The notes: generated by a model not told the origin, from the sequence alone. 64,000 nucleotides of DNA from Octopus sinensis (GCF_006345805.1 NC_043001.1:47492001-47556000), one strand, 5' to 3'; shown: positions 1-14,755, numbered from the stretch's first letter. Program-made: numbers and translations.

Positions 1-614
1 ATGCAGTATTTCCTATGTTGATTAAGTTGCTTAAAATACATGAACAGTATTGAGTAGAAATGCGTTGGAAATCAACTTAATTAAGTTTCGTGCATACAGT
101 TATCCAGCATGTTTTAATTAAATATTTTGCTAATCTAAGACTAGTTTTAGAATATTATTTAGATGTCTATTATGTATATATTTCTAAGTAGGTCACAAAA
201 TTTGTAGGAAAAGAACACAATCAATTGAATCAACGTCTATACTTTTCCGATAATTATTTTATCGATCTCAGAGGAATAATACAAAACAAAATAAACTTTT
301 TTTCACCCCTTTGGGATCCACATAATAAGCACCAATCATATACTTGAGTCCATATTTATGACCTTGTATCAGAAGAAAAGAAATCAATATTTGGATATTG
401 ATTACGAGAGGCGGTCAGCAGGGTTAAATTTTCAAGGTAGAATTCGAAACTTTATTTTAAAGGATTTAAGAAGCAAGATGTAATTTGCAGTCGAACATCT
501 GTTATCATAAATATTTTATCATTTAAAAACTGTCACAAGTAAAAGTTCTGACGCCACTTATGAATTTTTACATACCCAACTAATTTTCCGTTGAGATATC
601 ATTAAACATAGCGA

Positions 615-846
615 TTTCAAATTTTGGCACAATGCCGGCAATTTCGGGGGAGGGGGTTAGTCGATTATATCAACCTCCAGTGTTCAACTGGTACTTATTT
701 TATCGACTCCGAAAGGATGAAAGGCAAAGCCGACCCCGATGGTATTTGAACTCAGAACGTAATGATGGGAAATGCCGCTAAGTATTTTGCCCGGCGTGCT
801 AACGATTTTGCCCGACGTGCAAACGATTCTGCCAGCTTGCTGCCTT
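615..846 (-). mobile_element. tRNA-derived SINE, family M (Meta-domain-like core)
   Basis: Reverse strand shows head GGCAGCAAGCTGGCAGAATCG, B-box GAGTTCAAAT and core GCCTTTCATCCTTTCGGAGTCGATAAAATAAGTACCAG, shared with many copies in the window. Confidence 0.8.
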
Positions 847-1107
847 ACATATCGTTAAGCATACTAGCAATTGAGTTCATATTGTAGAACCATAATATTT
901 ATGACAATTTCTAATATTGGCAGAATATTTAAAATTTGGTGGAAGATAAAGACATGACTTATACGTGTTTTATGGACATGACTGATCACGGTGCGATTTG
1001 TTCTTTTGAAATATTTATAAAAGATATGTGACGACATATTACATTGGTTTTGAAATTCTTGGAATAAGGTTTCCGAATGTCTACCTTAAAAAAAAATACT
1101 ATCGGAT

Positions 1108-1876
1108 CTAGCAGCAGTACCCCGCCTTGTCCGAGTTTGTTAATACCTATAATAAATGCAATCACATGGAATAACCATATTTTGAATAAATTACTTTAAA
1201 AATTGGTCAGTGGTGATTCACTCAGACAAGCAATTCCAAAGATGGTCCAAGTTGAGCTTTATAAAGTGCACAAAAATATTAAACGAATAGAACTTAAATG
1301 TCGCAACTCTATAGTGGAAGCACTCCGTCGGTTACGACGACGAGGGTTCCGGTTGATCCGAATCAACGGAACAGCCTGCTCGTGAAATTAACGTGTAAGT
1401 GGCTGAGCACTCCACAGACACGTGTACCCTTAACGTAGTTCTCGGGGAAATTCAGCGTGACACAGAGAGTGACAAGGCCGGCCCTTTGAAATACGGGTAC
1501 AACAGAAACAGGAAGTAAGAGTGAGAGAAAATTGTGGTGAAAGAGTACAGCAGGGATCACCACCATCCCCTACCGGAGCCTCGTGGAGCTTTAGGTGTTT
1601 TCGCTCAATAAACACTCACAACGCCCGGTCTGGGAATCGAAACCGCGATCCTATGACCGCGAGTCCGCTGCCCTAACCACTGGGCCATTGCGCCTCCACC
1701 GCAACTCTATAACCCCCTTTCTAAATACATAACCCTCTGCTATATTTCGGCTACCTTGTCGTAAAACTATAGCCTACAAATTGTAACATACATACGTATA
1801 TACATGCATGCATACATACATACATACATACATACATACATACGTACGTACGTACGTACATACATACATACATACA

Positions 1877-1907
<31 letters not shown>

Positions 1908-1948
1908 GACGTATGGAGGTACAGTTACTTTTCTACATTAAAATCAGA
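1108..1948 (-). mobile_element. Degraded non-autonomous Helitron-like element carrying a nested SINE
   Basis: CTAG at 1108 next to a GC-rich imperfect hairpin and a (TACA)n tract near the other end; same layout as 10374-10750. Confidence 0.4.
1314..1699 (-). mobile_element. Full-length tRNA-derived SINE (head A + tail X) with 12-bp TSD
   Basis: Head GTGGAGGCGCAATGGCCCAGTGGTTAGGGCAGCGGACTCGCGG...GGTTTCGATTCCC (A/B boxes). Flanked by direct repeat CGCAACTCTATA at 1302-1313 and 1700-1711. Near-identical copy at 51537-51893. Confidence 0.92.
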
Positions 1949-2329
1949 TTTAATTAAGCTGACAGTCGTTTATGATTGAAATTACTACATTAACTGAAGT
2001 AACTTTAATGCTAACAATATGAATGAATTATACAAAATAAAAGAATTGTGATAGAAAGAAATAAGCAAAGATTAAAACAAGGTGTTGTCATTTTTCAATC
2101 TTTAATATTTTCACTTGTTTCATTCACTGAATTACGGCCATGCTGGGTTGAAATAACATCCTAATATATAACTGAATGTAATAAATTGAGAGACTCAAAT
2201 TTTTGTATGTCACCGGCAATTTCTGACTCACTGTCATTATCATTTAACCTCAAATACGGTGACACTATCAACAATAATTTTATCTATAAATTCACTGAGT
2301 AAAATATGAAAAGAAAGGGTTCGTGCACA

Positions 2330-2612
2330 GACTACCACTGTATCGACCAGACAATCGGATGTTGTTATACACCGCTTGTCACAATGCACTTCCTCGTATT
2401 GTTGTTACACTCGAATGCCCCATCCCACCGCCGGCTAGGCAAGCTGAAAGGAAGACCAGTCCGTCGTTGGGTTACCCATTTACAGCTGAATGGACTGGTG
2501 CAAAGCGAAATGAAGTATTTTCTCAAGAACATAACACACCGCCAGTTTGGGAATCGAAACCACGTTCTTGTGATTGTGAGTGCAACACCTTAACCACTAG
2601 TCCATGCACCTT
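2330..2612 (-). mobile_element. Diverged tRNA-derived SINE (head B type)
   Basis: Reverse strand GAAGGTGCATGGACTAGTGGTTAAGG...GGTTTCGATTCCC, then CCAGTCCATTCAGCTG as in 41985-42280. Confidence 0.6.
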
Positions 2613-2706
2613 CACGCATACATTATAAGATTACTAAAATGTCTTCTTGAAATGAATTTGTCTCCATGCGTTATCTGAACGAAACACTTTTATAAGGGAA
2701 TCGATT

Positions 2707-2908
2707 ACTCTTTTACTTGTTTCAGTCATTTGACTGCGGTCATGCTGGAGCACCGCCTTTAGTCGAGCAAATCGACCCCGGGACTTATTCTTTGTAAGCC
2801 CAGTACTTATTCTATCGGTCTCTTTTGCCGAACCGCTAAGTAACGGGGACGTAAACACACCAGCATCGGTGGTCAAGCAATGCTAGGGGGACAAACACAG
2901 ACACACAA

Positions 2909-2995
<87 letters not shown>

Positions 2996-3167
2996 CATAT
3001 ATACGACAGGCTTCTTTCAGTTTCCGTCTACCAAATCCACTCACAAGGCATTGGTCGGCCCGGGGCTATAGCAGAAGACACTTGCCCAAGATGCCACGCA
3101 GTGGGACTGAACCCGGAACCATGTGGTTGGTTAGCAAGCTACTTACTACACAGCCACTCCTGCGCCT
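2707..3167 (-). mobile_element. tRNA-derived CORE-like SINE, family C, with internal microsatellite
   Basis: Head GGCGCAGGAGTGGCTGTG...GGTTCCGGGTTCAGTCCC, CORE-like CTTGGGCAAGTGTCTT, internal (CA)n/(TA)n, tail AATGACTGAAACAAGTAAAAGAG; about a dozen copies in the window. Confidence 0.9.
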
Positions 3168-5211
3168 AATTGTTTAAATTGAATACATATATTACTTTGT
3201 GAAAGAGAAATTTAAGGAACAGACGCAAACACAGAAATCAATAGCATAAACAATCTCAGTTCTCTAGTTTCTGTGTTAATCACATTACATTCCTTGATCT
3301 TTATTTAGCGATTCTTGGGTAAATATGATTCCTAATATAGTTATGTACTTGGGTGTTATTTTTTAATAGGCTCAAACACTGTAGGGAGAGGAAAAAATGG
3401 GAAGTTTTAAGGTTCATTACTTTGCCAAAAGCATTAGCGATGTGGGTGGAACGAAATAGAAAGACTGGGAATTGAAAGTGGGTTGTGAACCGAATTTACC
3501 TGGAGTTAATCTATGCTCTTCAGTGCGAAACACTAGTCATTCGTTTGAATATTAATCAATATTAATTAACTAATGATCTCAGACTGTCAAAACATTAACA
3601 GAGTAATTCGTCTTGATCAACTGATCAAGTGCTTTATGTCATGGAGTGTTATACCAGCACAACTGGATCAATTAGAAAATAGCTAAAGAGCTAAAGACAA
3701 TAATTGGTTATAACCAAAGCTAAAATAGTCAGCGTAAATGTTGATTATACTCTGGTAAACTTTGAACAAATGGATCTATGACTAAAAGCGTGACATTCCA
3801 GTATTTTGCTTTTTAGATTGTGTATCGTTGTCCAATATGTACTTCCATTTTAAAAAATGATAGCGAGTTATTTGAGAAAGATTTTCGCAACTGTTTCTTG
3901 CAAGTCGAGTGACCACTAAATGGTTCTCTCAGTGACTTAACGATCAGATGTTTAATGTGTGACCTGAAATTAAGTCGACTGCTTTCCTTTTTTAAGTGTA
4001 CCATTGAATCACGGATCAACAGAAATTCACGAAGTCAGTCTGATCCCAAACATAGAAGTATATATGAACAATCACACCGAATCCTTTGATTTCTTTTTTC
4101 TATTCACAAAATGAAAATTCTGGTATCTATTATAATTTCATATACGTACGACCGAAATTTTTGATATTTTTTCTATTTTTGTTGATAGAAGTATATAAGC
4201 CCTAGTAGTGATTACAAGACATTATTTGTATTTGTTTAATCGACCCGGAATCGTAATAAAATTGAATGCAACGAAATTTATATTAAGGCCTTAAAAAGAT
4301 GGTGGAGTTGAACTGGATGATACAATATGGTCTTTTGCAACAAGATCACAGTCTATTAGTTCAAATTTACAACATGTCTCTAAATAAGCTAATTTACTCC
4401 TCGAACAATATGATAATTTCTAGCAAAATAGTTTGCAATGGTTTGACATTTGGCCCTCCGCCAATAAAGTTTTAGCACTGATCAATGGATCCTGATAGTC
4501 ATGGTAGGATAACTTTTATTTACAAGCACTAAGCAAGATTCTACAATACATTCAGTTTGGCGTTACTAATATAGACTAAAATTACCTAAACCCCTCTTAA
4601 TAAAATTTAGGAAAAGTACACATAAAAGTTCTTATAAAAATTATGTTACGTGATTCAACGTAACAGATGAATGGCTCGACTTTTTGTCGTTTTCAGCGAT
4701 TCCTGATTCGATTTTCAACTGTCATTATCATCTGTTGCAAACGTAGTTAACACGAACAAGAATAATTTCATCTATTAATAACTGAGAAAGATATTAGATG
4801 ATTTGTAAAATTCTACAAGTTCATGTAAGATCAAATAATCAATTAGGAATGTAAAAAATTCATAACTGACGTCAGAAGATGCAAATCATCTGATGAAAAT
4901 TTTCTTAAACACACTAAGGAATCCCGTTCCTAATTGCCAACATGTTGAATTACTTCCATTAGTTCATATATTCTAGAGTATTAATCAAGATATCATCATT
5001 TTATACATTTCCTGCCCTACACGCATTATATATTCTTTCACCGTGAGTGTACATTGAATATACTACATATTTTAGTTTTAACATTTCATGTCAAAGTCAA
5101 AAATAAAAAAATAAAATTAGTGTACGAGTCCGTCAAATATAAACGAAATTAAAACTACGTTCAGACAATATATTAAAAATATCATCGAGATGTCTTATAT
5201 CCTTTTACATT

Positions 5212-5535
5212 TTACTTGTTTCAATCATTTGACTGCAGCCATGCTGGAGCACCGCCTTGAAGGGCTTTAGTCGAACAGATCGATTCCAGAACACATTTTA
5301 AGCCTAGCACTTATTCTGTTGGTCTATTTTGCCGAACCGCTAAGTTACAGGGACGTAAACATACTAACTCCCGTTGTCAAGTGCTGTTGGGACACACACA
5401 CACACACACACACACATATATGACAGGCTTCTCTCAGTTTCCGTCTACCAAGGATTTGATCGACTAGAAGACACCTGCCCGCAAAGTACTGAGCAGTGGG
5501 ACTAAATATGCAACCATGCGGTCGGGAAGCAAGTT
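5212..5535 (-). mobile_element. Family C SINE, diverged
   Basis: Colinear similarity to 2707-3167. Confidence 0.8.
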
Positions 5536-5918
5536 TTATACTTAGACTTTAAGATTAGCAAAAAGATTTTAAATATTGACTTGTTATTCGAATGTAATAC
5601 ACATCAAGATAGCAATTCTTTATTTGAATGGAATATACATATTTTTTTTTTCATTCTGAAGGGAATGTTAATGCAGGAATGCTGACGTAGAATGTATGCA
5701 AAGCATAGGGAATTTCAGTTTTCTACTTCCTAAGTTAATCATATTACTTTCTTCATCTTTCTTTTTGGAAATAAACGATCCCTATTCTACCAACAACTAG
5801 GATTACCAAATACCAAATATAATTGTACACATGAGTATTATAATTTCTTACACTGCACAGGTAACTTATACACTAAGAGGAAAAGAAATAGGAAGTTGCG
5901 TGGTTTATGTCTTTGATG

Positions 5919-5987
<69 letters not shown>

Positions 5988-6777
5988 TGTTTGTGTGTAT
6001 ATATACATATATATATATGTATATGTATGTATGTATGTTTGTATATGTATATATGTTTGTATTTTCTATTTGTGTGTGTGTGTATGTGTGTGTGTAGGGG
6101 TGTAGGTAGGACGGTGTGTACGTGGGAATGTGTATGTTATGGGGTAAGTGAAATAAATCAGGTACAAGTGGGAACTGAAACTGGATTGTGATTTTACTTT
6201 ACCTGGAGTTAATCTTGTGTTTTAAAGCTAAACAGTAGCCACACATATTCATATTAATCAAACCAATAAACTTATGATACATAATTAATTAGTCTGTAAA
6301 ACTGACCAATCGTTTTGTAACATGGATTCTTCAGGTGCATACTCCAACTGATTGGGGTTCATAACCTGGGCGATGGCATCCACTTGGAGGATTTTACGAG
6401 CTTACAAAAGGGTGAAAAATTTTTCGGAGGCAGAAGTACTGTGTGTTTAGAGACTTCATGATATTTCTCAGAAAGCAAATATTTGAAACATATCCTTAAA
6501 AAAAAACCTTTCTCGGCATCAGAATACGAGTAAGACACTGTGTTGTCGGTGAGGAGAGAACATGATTAATGATGCGCTAAGATCCAATATAATTTCGTTA
6601 ATAAATCCTTGACTTATTTGGAAATTTGCGTCAAAATTTAATACAGGGAACACAAGTTCATGAAAATACCTAAAGAGAAGAACATGGTAGATAGGGTAAT
6701 ACATTTACAGCACGAAATTAGCTTCCGTTTGATTCAAATATATATGTATGCGTATGTATATATGGGATGTATGTATG

Positions 6778-6811
<34 letters not shown>

Positions 6812-9000
6812 TGTATGTATGTATGTATGTATATATGTATGTATGTATGTATGCATGTATGGTATGAGAGTACGTGTCTCTCTGTAAGAATTTATGTATG
6901 GACGTGCATGTTTATCTGTGGGCGTGTGTGTGTATTTTGTATTTGTATATGTGTGTTGGTGTGTAGGTAGGACTGTGTGTATGTGCAAATGTGTGTGTTT
7001 TGGGGGCAATGTTTACCTCTTTTTTTAATCGTGAGGAGGGAGAGCGTTTATAAAATGCCATAACGTGAAAGGGGCCACTAGGGTTTAAAAAGGGCAAAGA
7101 TAACTGAATTTAGAAAATACTTCAATGACAGAGACTGTTGCCAAAGCTGAAACGTCAACAACAAAAGTTGACAGCAAAAACGTGAGAACTAAAAAAACAA
7201 CTGTTTTCCTTCTTAAGCTTGTTATTACATCACAAACTTATATGGATTTAAAAAGTGAAATTTAATCCTGTTAATATCTCGCTGCTAAACTAATCCTAAT
7301 GTTTGAAATTTGAAGAGTCTAAGAAAAATATAGACACCTCCACTACTTCTTCAACAACAGCAGAGAAGACATTTTCTGGTATTAATGTTCAGTTTAATAT
7401 ATTAGCACAAAGTTGATTTATGGCTCTAGAAAGTTATTGGTACTTATTGTATCGACACTGAAAGGCGAGAGATAGAATCGATACCTGTTTGATCTAAACC
7501 AGAGCTCATTAAAGATAAATGGACGAGTGGATATAGTTTTGCACTACCAGATCATGTGAGTTCAGATCTGCACTCGGCATCTTTGGTGTGTGTCCGGTTC
7601 GGATAAATGACTAAACACACTTCACTCCGGAACCTGTGAAAAAGTTATATGCGAAAAGCTGATACCCTATCCAGAAATAAGATTACCTCTTTTCTCCAAA
7701 AAGATTAAAAATGAAACTGTCATACACTTGTAAAATTTATATAATACCGGACTGAGCAGATTAATAAGTGACACATAGTTTTGTTACCATCAGTAATGTT
7801 TGATTCGATTTACAACTATATCTTAACATCACAGCTGATATTTTTGTTGTAAAACATGCTAGCACTTAGAATAATAATTTCATCCATATATAAATATTTA
7901 CGAATTTTTAGATACAAAACAAAATTAAATTTCTATTAAAAAAATCATATAAAATGAAAGAATCAATAACAAAATTTTTAAATTCGTAACAGACACCAGA
8001 AGAATTTAAATTAGCAAATTAAAATTTCTTTCAAAACTGGGCTTCCATGCTAATAAGACAACGTGGTAGATTCCAGTTGTTCATACATTCTAGTGTTGTA
8101 TATATAAATATATTCAAGGTTTGGTAATTGCCGAAGAAGAATATATACGAGAATAGTGCATAAACGAGAACGGATTAAGATAAAGAAGTAGCGAACATAC
8201 CTGAAAACCAACATTCAATGGTTAGGGGCAGGGTGATGTAAGCTTGCTTCTCTATAGCTTACTGCCAAGAAATATATGATAAACATTTCACGAATGCTAC
8301 ATTAGGTAAGATAGTGTTTCCAGAACCTTCTCTAAGAACTAGAGACGACTATAGCCAACCAGATGAGTAAGTAGTAGGTAGTTTCAGAGCAATGTTATTT
8401 GTATAGTCGCTCCACCACTACCACTCCCAAAAGCCGCAAAAAGAAGAAAGATATTCAGGTTAACTAACACGATACATATAATATATTAGTTATTTTCTTC
8501 TTCAAACCCAAATTCACAAATGTCTAGAAATTTCTTTGGAACAGCATTCCAACATCGAAAATGTTATGCTATCCAGATCCGAAATTATATGTGTGCATGT
8601 GTGTGTGTGTGTGTGTGGTGTGTGTGTGTGTGTGTGCACGTGTTTGTACTTGGATATGTGTGTCTGTGTGCAGACGCATTTGCGGATGTCCGGGTGCATG
8701 AGCAATTTCTAGAACCAACCAACATTTTACAATGGTCTACAGGCGACTATGTATCTACTTTAACTTCCTTCTTCATAGGAACGCTATAAATAAATTCTAT
8801 TGTCATTCAGATACATACATACATACATACATACAGACTTACATACATACATACATATACACATACATACATTACACACACATATACATACATATACACA
8901 TACATACATTACAAACATACACATATATATACATATATACATACATACATACGTACTTTACATAATATATACATACATACATACAGACAAACAGACAGAT

Positions 9001-9476
9001 CAGTGAAAAAGAAAACACCTATGCTGAACTATCCAGATTACAAGTTCAGATTTATACCTGTAATTATTGGGGTCCTGGGATATGTAACACACTGCCTAAA
9101 TACCAATCTTGAGAAATTTGGCTTCTCAAAACCAGAAAGGAGAAAGCTAATTCAAAGACTACAGATCCAATCCATCACTGGAATGTAAAAATCTGTAAAA
9201 CTTTCCAGAAATTTATTATTTAAATATACATGAGCATGTCTATATATGCAACTATATGCATGAGAATACATACATAAAACATACAAATCTGCACTTACAT
9301 AAATAAATACATACATACATACATAAAAAAATACAAACATACATAATACATACATACAAGCAAACAAAAATACCCTATTGTTGATGTTGAAATTCTAATG
9401 AAGGAGCCTTGGATCTAGGTTAGAAACCGGTTCTTTCTCTATTGGCAAGAACGCTTGAAATAAACTGAATAATGAC
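9001..9476 (+). mobile_element. 5'-truncated non-LTR retrotransposon end (restriction-like endonuclease type, R4/Dong/HERO-like)
   Basis: Reads YPDYKFRFIPVIIGVLGYV...LQIQSITG, then after a frameshift VKICKTFQKFII*. IPVIIGxLG resembles the C-terminus of RLE domains. A 3' UTR follows and runs into (ATAC)n. Confidence 0.65.
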
Positions 9477-9675
9477 ATACATACACATATGATACATACA
9501 CGCACACACATACATACATGCATACATACATGCACGCACACATACATTCATACATACATATACACATATCAGCATTCATACATACACACGCACACACAAT
9601 ACATTTATACATACATATCTATTTGCCTCACTATACATTTCTTTCTCTCTTCATACCTCTCTCTCTCTCTCTCTC

Positions 9676-9713
<38 letters not shown>

Positions 9714-9762
9714 CATCCATCCATCCATCCATCCATCCATCCATCCATCCATCCATCCATCC

Positions 9763-9793
<31 letters not shown>

Positions 9794-10279
9794 CTTCCTT
9801 CCCTCCCTCACTTACTCAAAGACAGCAACACATTCACATCTCAATTTCAAAACGGTGGTTTACACTAAATCTTACAGAAGAAAATACACACACATTAAAT
9901 TTTTTCTGGGTCTTTGTATAAATTTTGGTTCTGTGTAGACGAACTAAACTACCCAAGACGGTCGTGTCAAGTTTTTGAAAACTGACTTTTTCTTTCTAAG
10001 AACGGAAAGTCAGATCTAATGACAACTGTAAGAGGGTACGGCCACCTGTTATTTTAAGGAATTGTCCCACTTTCCTCTCCAACACGTAATCGCGTTCACT
10101 CCTGACACATCAAAATTAGAGAAATGCTAGCCTTTAATAGCTAACTTGTCGTAAGTATGCACAAGTAGGCATATACACACTTTCGTGTTGTGTGTGTGTA
10201 TGTGTACACTTAGCATACATGTACACGTACAAAAACACAATTATATATATACACATACATATATATCTGTATATATATG

Positions 10280-10311
<32 letters not shown>

Positions 10312-10342
10312 CATAAATATATATTATTTTATCGACCACGAT

Positions 10343-10876
<534 letters not shown>

Positions 10877-11046
10877 AGAGTGGTTGTATACTGTCAACAT
10901 AACATAACGTGACAGTCCCGTAAGGGAATTACACCACCGCTGTTTAGCCCTAGGAAGCATCGACGCTTCCTGTCGGCTTTGACAGATTTCCTGTGTTCTT
11001 ATATTTGCGAAGGGGAGGCAAGCACCCCCACCAGCTGGGATTCACA

Positions 11047-11092
11047 CCTGAAAACATTCATGTTTCTGGGTCTTACCCGTCATCAGTCCAGG
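11047..11092 (-). ncRNA. Type I hammerhead ribozyme motif
   Basis: Minus strand CCUGGA-CUGAUGA-C-GGGU(AAG)ACCC-A-GAAA-CAU(GA)AUG-UU-UUCAGG: three stems, core intact, GUU site; within a ~255-bp element (about 10880-11135) between microsatellites. Confidence 0.8.
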
Positions 11093-12232
11093 ATAGTGCG
11101 ACCTGCTAGTTGAGATGTCTGTCTAGCCTTCTCAAATATATATATATTTACAGTGAAATCTATTCACTGGTCACCGTGCCGGCTAAAATGCATAGTGGCT
11201 TTTTTTCCGGATCTTTACCATTCTGAGTTCAAATGGCGGCCAAGGTCGACTTTGTCTTTGGTTCCTATTGTGATCGTTAAAATAAATATCAGTCGAGTTC
11301 TGAGTCGATGTAATCGACTACCCCTAGATTTCTAGTCGTTTACTAAAGATTTGTATGTAACAATTATGTATATTTTACATGGTGGTTGTCTACTCCTTAT
11401 GCAGAGTTTGACCACCCCCTGTATCTACACCTTAGAACCCTCATGGTATTTGATGTGGCTTTTTTAAAGCAGACAATGTTCTGAAAACACACCCACATAG
11501 ATTGCATATCCAATTTCGACCACCAGCAAAGCGAACCCGGTCGTTGGCAGAAAACAAGGAAGCTATTACCGTAGTGTATAGCTTAATTTACATATTAGTG
11601 CGTAGATGGCTCGTCATTAAGCTATATATATTTGTATGTGTATGAATGTGTTGTGTGCGCGCGCGTGTGTATGTAGTTGCTAATCTTGAATACACACGAA
11701 GTAAAGAATATTGACTGGTATTAAGAAACGAGACGAAGTATTCCTTGCAGTGATGCGAATCTTTAAAATGACCTCAATTTCCTGTCAACCCGACATTTGT
11801 AATCGCCATTAACAAATATATATTTTTTTCAAATTCATTTACCATCATTTTCAATTCATATAATTAAGGTAAACATATTTCACTTCATTAATAACACCAC
11901 GAGTACACTAATGAAAACAAAAATTTTTTAATAAAATATTGGGATATCTTTAGCAGTTCGATACATAAATACGAGCAAAATGGCTCGGAATCACTGATCA
12001 CATGAAACTTGAATCAAAGATGACCAGAACATTTAAATATCCTAACTACCTTTTCTCTTTTGGCAATATTTTAGAGTCATTGACAGCGAGCTGGCAGAAT
12101 CGTTAACGCGCCGAAAAAAATGCTTAACAGCATTTATTCCGACTTTTACGCTCTTCAACAGAAAGGAACACGAGGAAATAGAGAAAATAAAAAAAAAAAC
12201 TTTTAGAGCTAGCGGTCAATCATGGCGGCTAT

Positions 12233-12279
<47 letters not shown>

Positions 12280-12461
12280 TGTGTGTGTGTGTGTGTGGTG
12301 TGTGTGTGTGTGTGTGTGTGGTGTGTGTGTGTATGTATGTATATATGTATATATATATATATGTATATATATGTAATAACAAATTAATAAATAAAACATA
12401 TGCATATATACATACATATATGTACGTACCTACATCTACATGTATATATATATGCATATAT

Positions 12462-12810
12462 GGGTACAGGACACCAAAAAAACGTCGAACACAATGAGAA
12501 ACGAAAACATAAACACAAAACCAAGGAACTGGACATTTTTCTTAAACAACGAAAAAATAGAGTTCAGGACAAATAACACAAGGAAAATTCCCCTTCTTCA
12601 GTCGCCATGATTTCATCTACTCTGCGTTTCGAAGGTGAAGGCGAGACGCAACTTCGACTGAAACATTCCTTCACGCGAAAAGCAAATTAAATAAAATTTG
12701 AGTTTTTTTTGCGGAGGGGTAAAAATGGTAACAAAAACAGGACAGTAACGACAGTACAAAATATAAACAGTAAAAGACAGGACAAGGAGAATAACAGTAA
12801 CACAGACATG
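12462..12810 (-). mobile_element. Short element inserted in (TA)n, Penelope pseudo-LTR-like
   Basis: T-rich minus strand flanked by TA repeats; its end GGTACAGGACACCAAAAAA..CGAACACAATGA recurs at 28490-28523, also in (TA)n. Confidence 0.5.
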
Positions 12811-12872
<62 letters not shown>

Positions 12873-13857
12873 CAGAAACACACCCACACAAAAGTATGCA
12901 CCTACATACAAACACACACGTATACATATAAAAGCTATCATACCTTTCCTTAAATTAGTTACTTGATCTATGAAGCAAAGACATTTATACCTGGATGATA
13001 GATGAAAACGTGTCGCAAACACAAGGAAACCTATTTTAACGCAGTGATATTAAATGGAAATATTTAAGAATGGTGAAAGGTTCCATTTTCCCCCCTGATA
13101 TCTGAAATGGCATTCATAAATGAAGTATTATTCCATCTTCTCTGAGAATGTTGGTGAAATTCTTGAAGAAGATAGCTTTATCTGATTGTTTTTATTTGCT
13201 CATATATGTGTATGTGTGTGTGAGTATGTGCTGCGTGCGTGCGCGCGTGTGTGTGTGTGTAATACCCTTTTACAATATCTCTATAGTAGCTTCCTGCCGG
13301 CTTTCTCGAAGGTTCGCTGGTTCACCACAGGCAATCTTCCCCCTCTGTCATTCTTGCTACAATATCATCAGACGAAAAAGAAAGTATGGGGTCTGTTTAA
13401 AATGAAATTCTATACCCGAAGTAAGAACATCATCTTTGAATTATCGCTTTGAAAGTTCGGGAATTCTTAGGAATTTTTTTTTTTTCAGTTTTGTTTCCTT
13501 TCTTATATTCTTTCTTATTCATATCAAACTATTTTTTCTGGAAATTCGCAAGAGGTAAATAATAGTATATAGTTTGGCAGAAACACAACGTTTCTGTTGA
13601 TAAGTTAAAGCCGGTGATTATTAAGTCAACGTACACACATTTTTAGGTATATAGACTTTTTAGGTATATATGCTCCACTGATATCTATACAGCTACAGAC
13701 TGAAAGTTTCAGAATTTACAAGCACTGCTCCATTGCACCACGAGAAATCAGTGCGTCATTTTGGCCAAATCTTGTTTTACGAGCGTGCGCGCGAGCACAT
13801 ACACACACAAACATTCATACATCTGGACATATATGTGTGTGAGTATTTGTATATATA

Positions 13858-13918
<61 letters not shown>

Positions 13919-13923
13919 TATAT

Positions 13924-13971
<48 letters not shown>

Positions 13972-14048
13972 GTATGTATAAGTATATATACATGCATATA
14001 TATATATGTGTGTGTGTGTATGTGTGTGTATCTATATAAATACACTTT

Positions 14049-14366
14049 ACTCTCTCTTTACTCTTTTACTTGTTTCAGTCATTTGACTGTGGCCATGCTG
14101 GAGCACCGTCTTTAATCGAGCAAATCGACCCCAGGACTTAATCTTTGTAAGTCTAGTACTTATTCTATCGTTCTCTTTTGCCGAACCGCTAAGTTACGGG
14201 GACGTAAACACACCAGCATTGGTTGTCAAGCGATGTTGGGGGTACAAACACAAACATATGTGGTCGGCCCGAGGCTATAGTAGAAGACACTTGCCCAAGA
14301 TGCCACGCAGTGGGAAGGAACCCAGAACCATGTGGCTGGTAAGCAAGCTACTTACCACACAGCCAC
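14049..14366 (-). mobile_element. Family C SINE with internal deletion
   Basis: Matches 2707-3167 but lacks the middle segment. Confidence 0.85.
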
Positions 14367-14382
14367 ATTATGTATGTATATA

Positions 14383-14444
<62 letters not shown>

Positions 14445-14755
14445 ATATATATATATATATATATGCAGCGTCACATGTCCTTCAAAACTTAGTCTTTAGA
14501 AAAATTAGACAAATGTGAAACCAGTTAAGTGTATTGATATAAATAAGTTTTCTTATACAGCGGTGGTGCCCCACCATGGCCGCGGCCTTCGGGCTAAAAC
14601 ATTTTTAAGGATTTAAGGATTTTAAGGACTCTGTGCGTTTTCAAATTCATTTTTCTTTCTTTCTTCCTTTCTTTCTCTCTCTAACTTTCTCCTTCTTTTA
14701 CTTTCTTTTTCTTTCACTTTCTTTCTTTCTTTCTTTCTTCCTTTTCTTTCTTTAT

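Noticed and set aside
1620-1699. tRNA gene
   Set aside because: A/B boxes continue into a SINE body with a TSD; the same holds for other SINE heads.
6300-6345. CUGAAGA...AAAACGAUUGGUC on the minus strand
   Set aside because: GAAA is mutated and stems I and II are not complementary.
12580-12645. Possible type II hammerhead on the minus strand (CCUUC-GAAA ... CUGAAGA-AGGGG)
   Set aside because: No convincing stem I or III, and no NUH site between the two core halves.
12985-13450. Coding exon in unique sequence
   Set aside because: Stops interrupt the minus-strand frames upstream of the donor-like site, and no recognisable protein.
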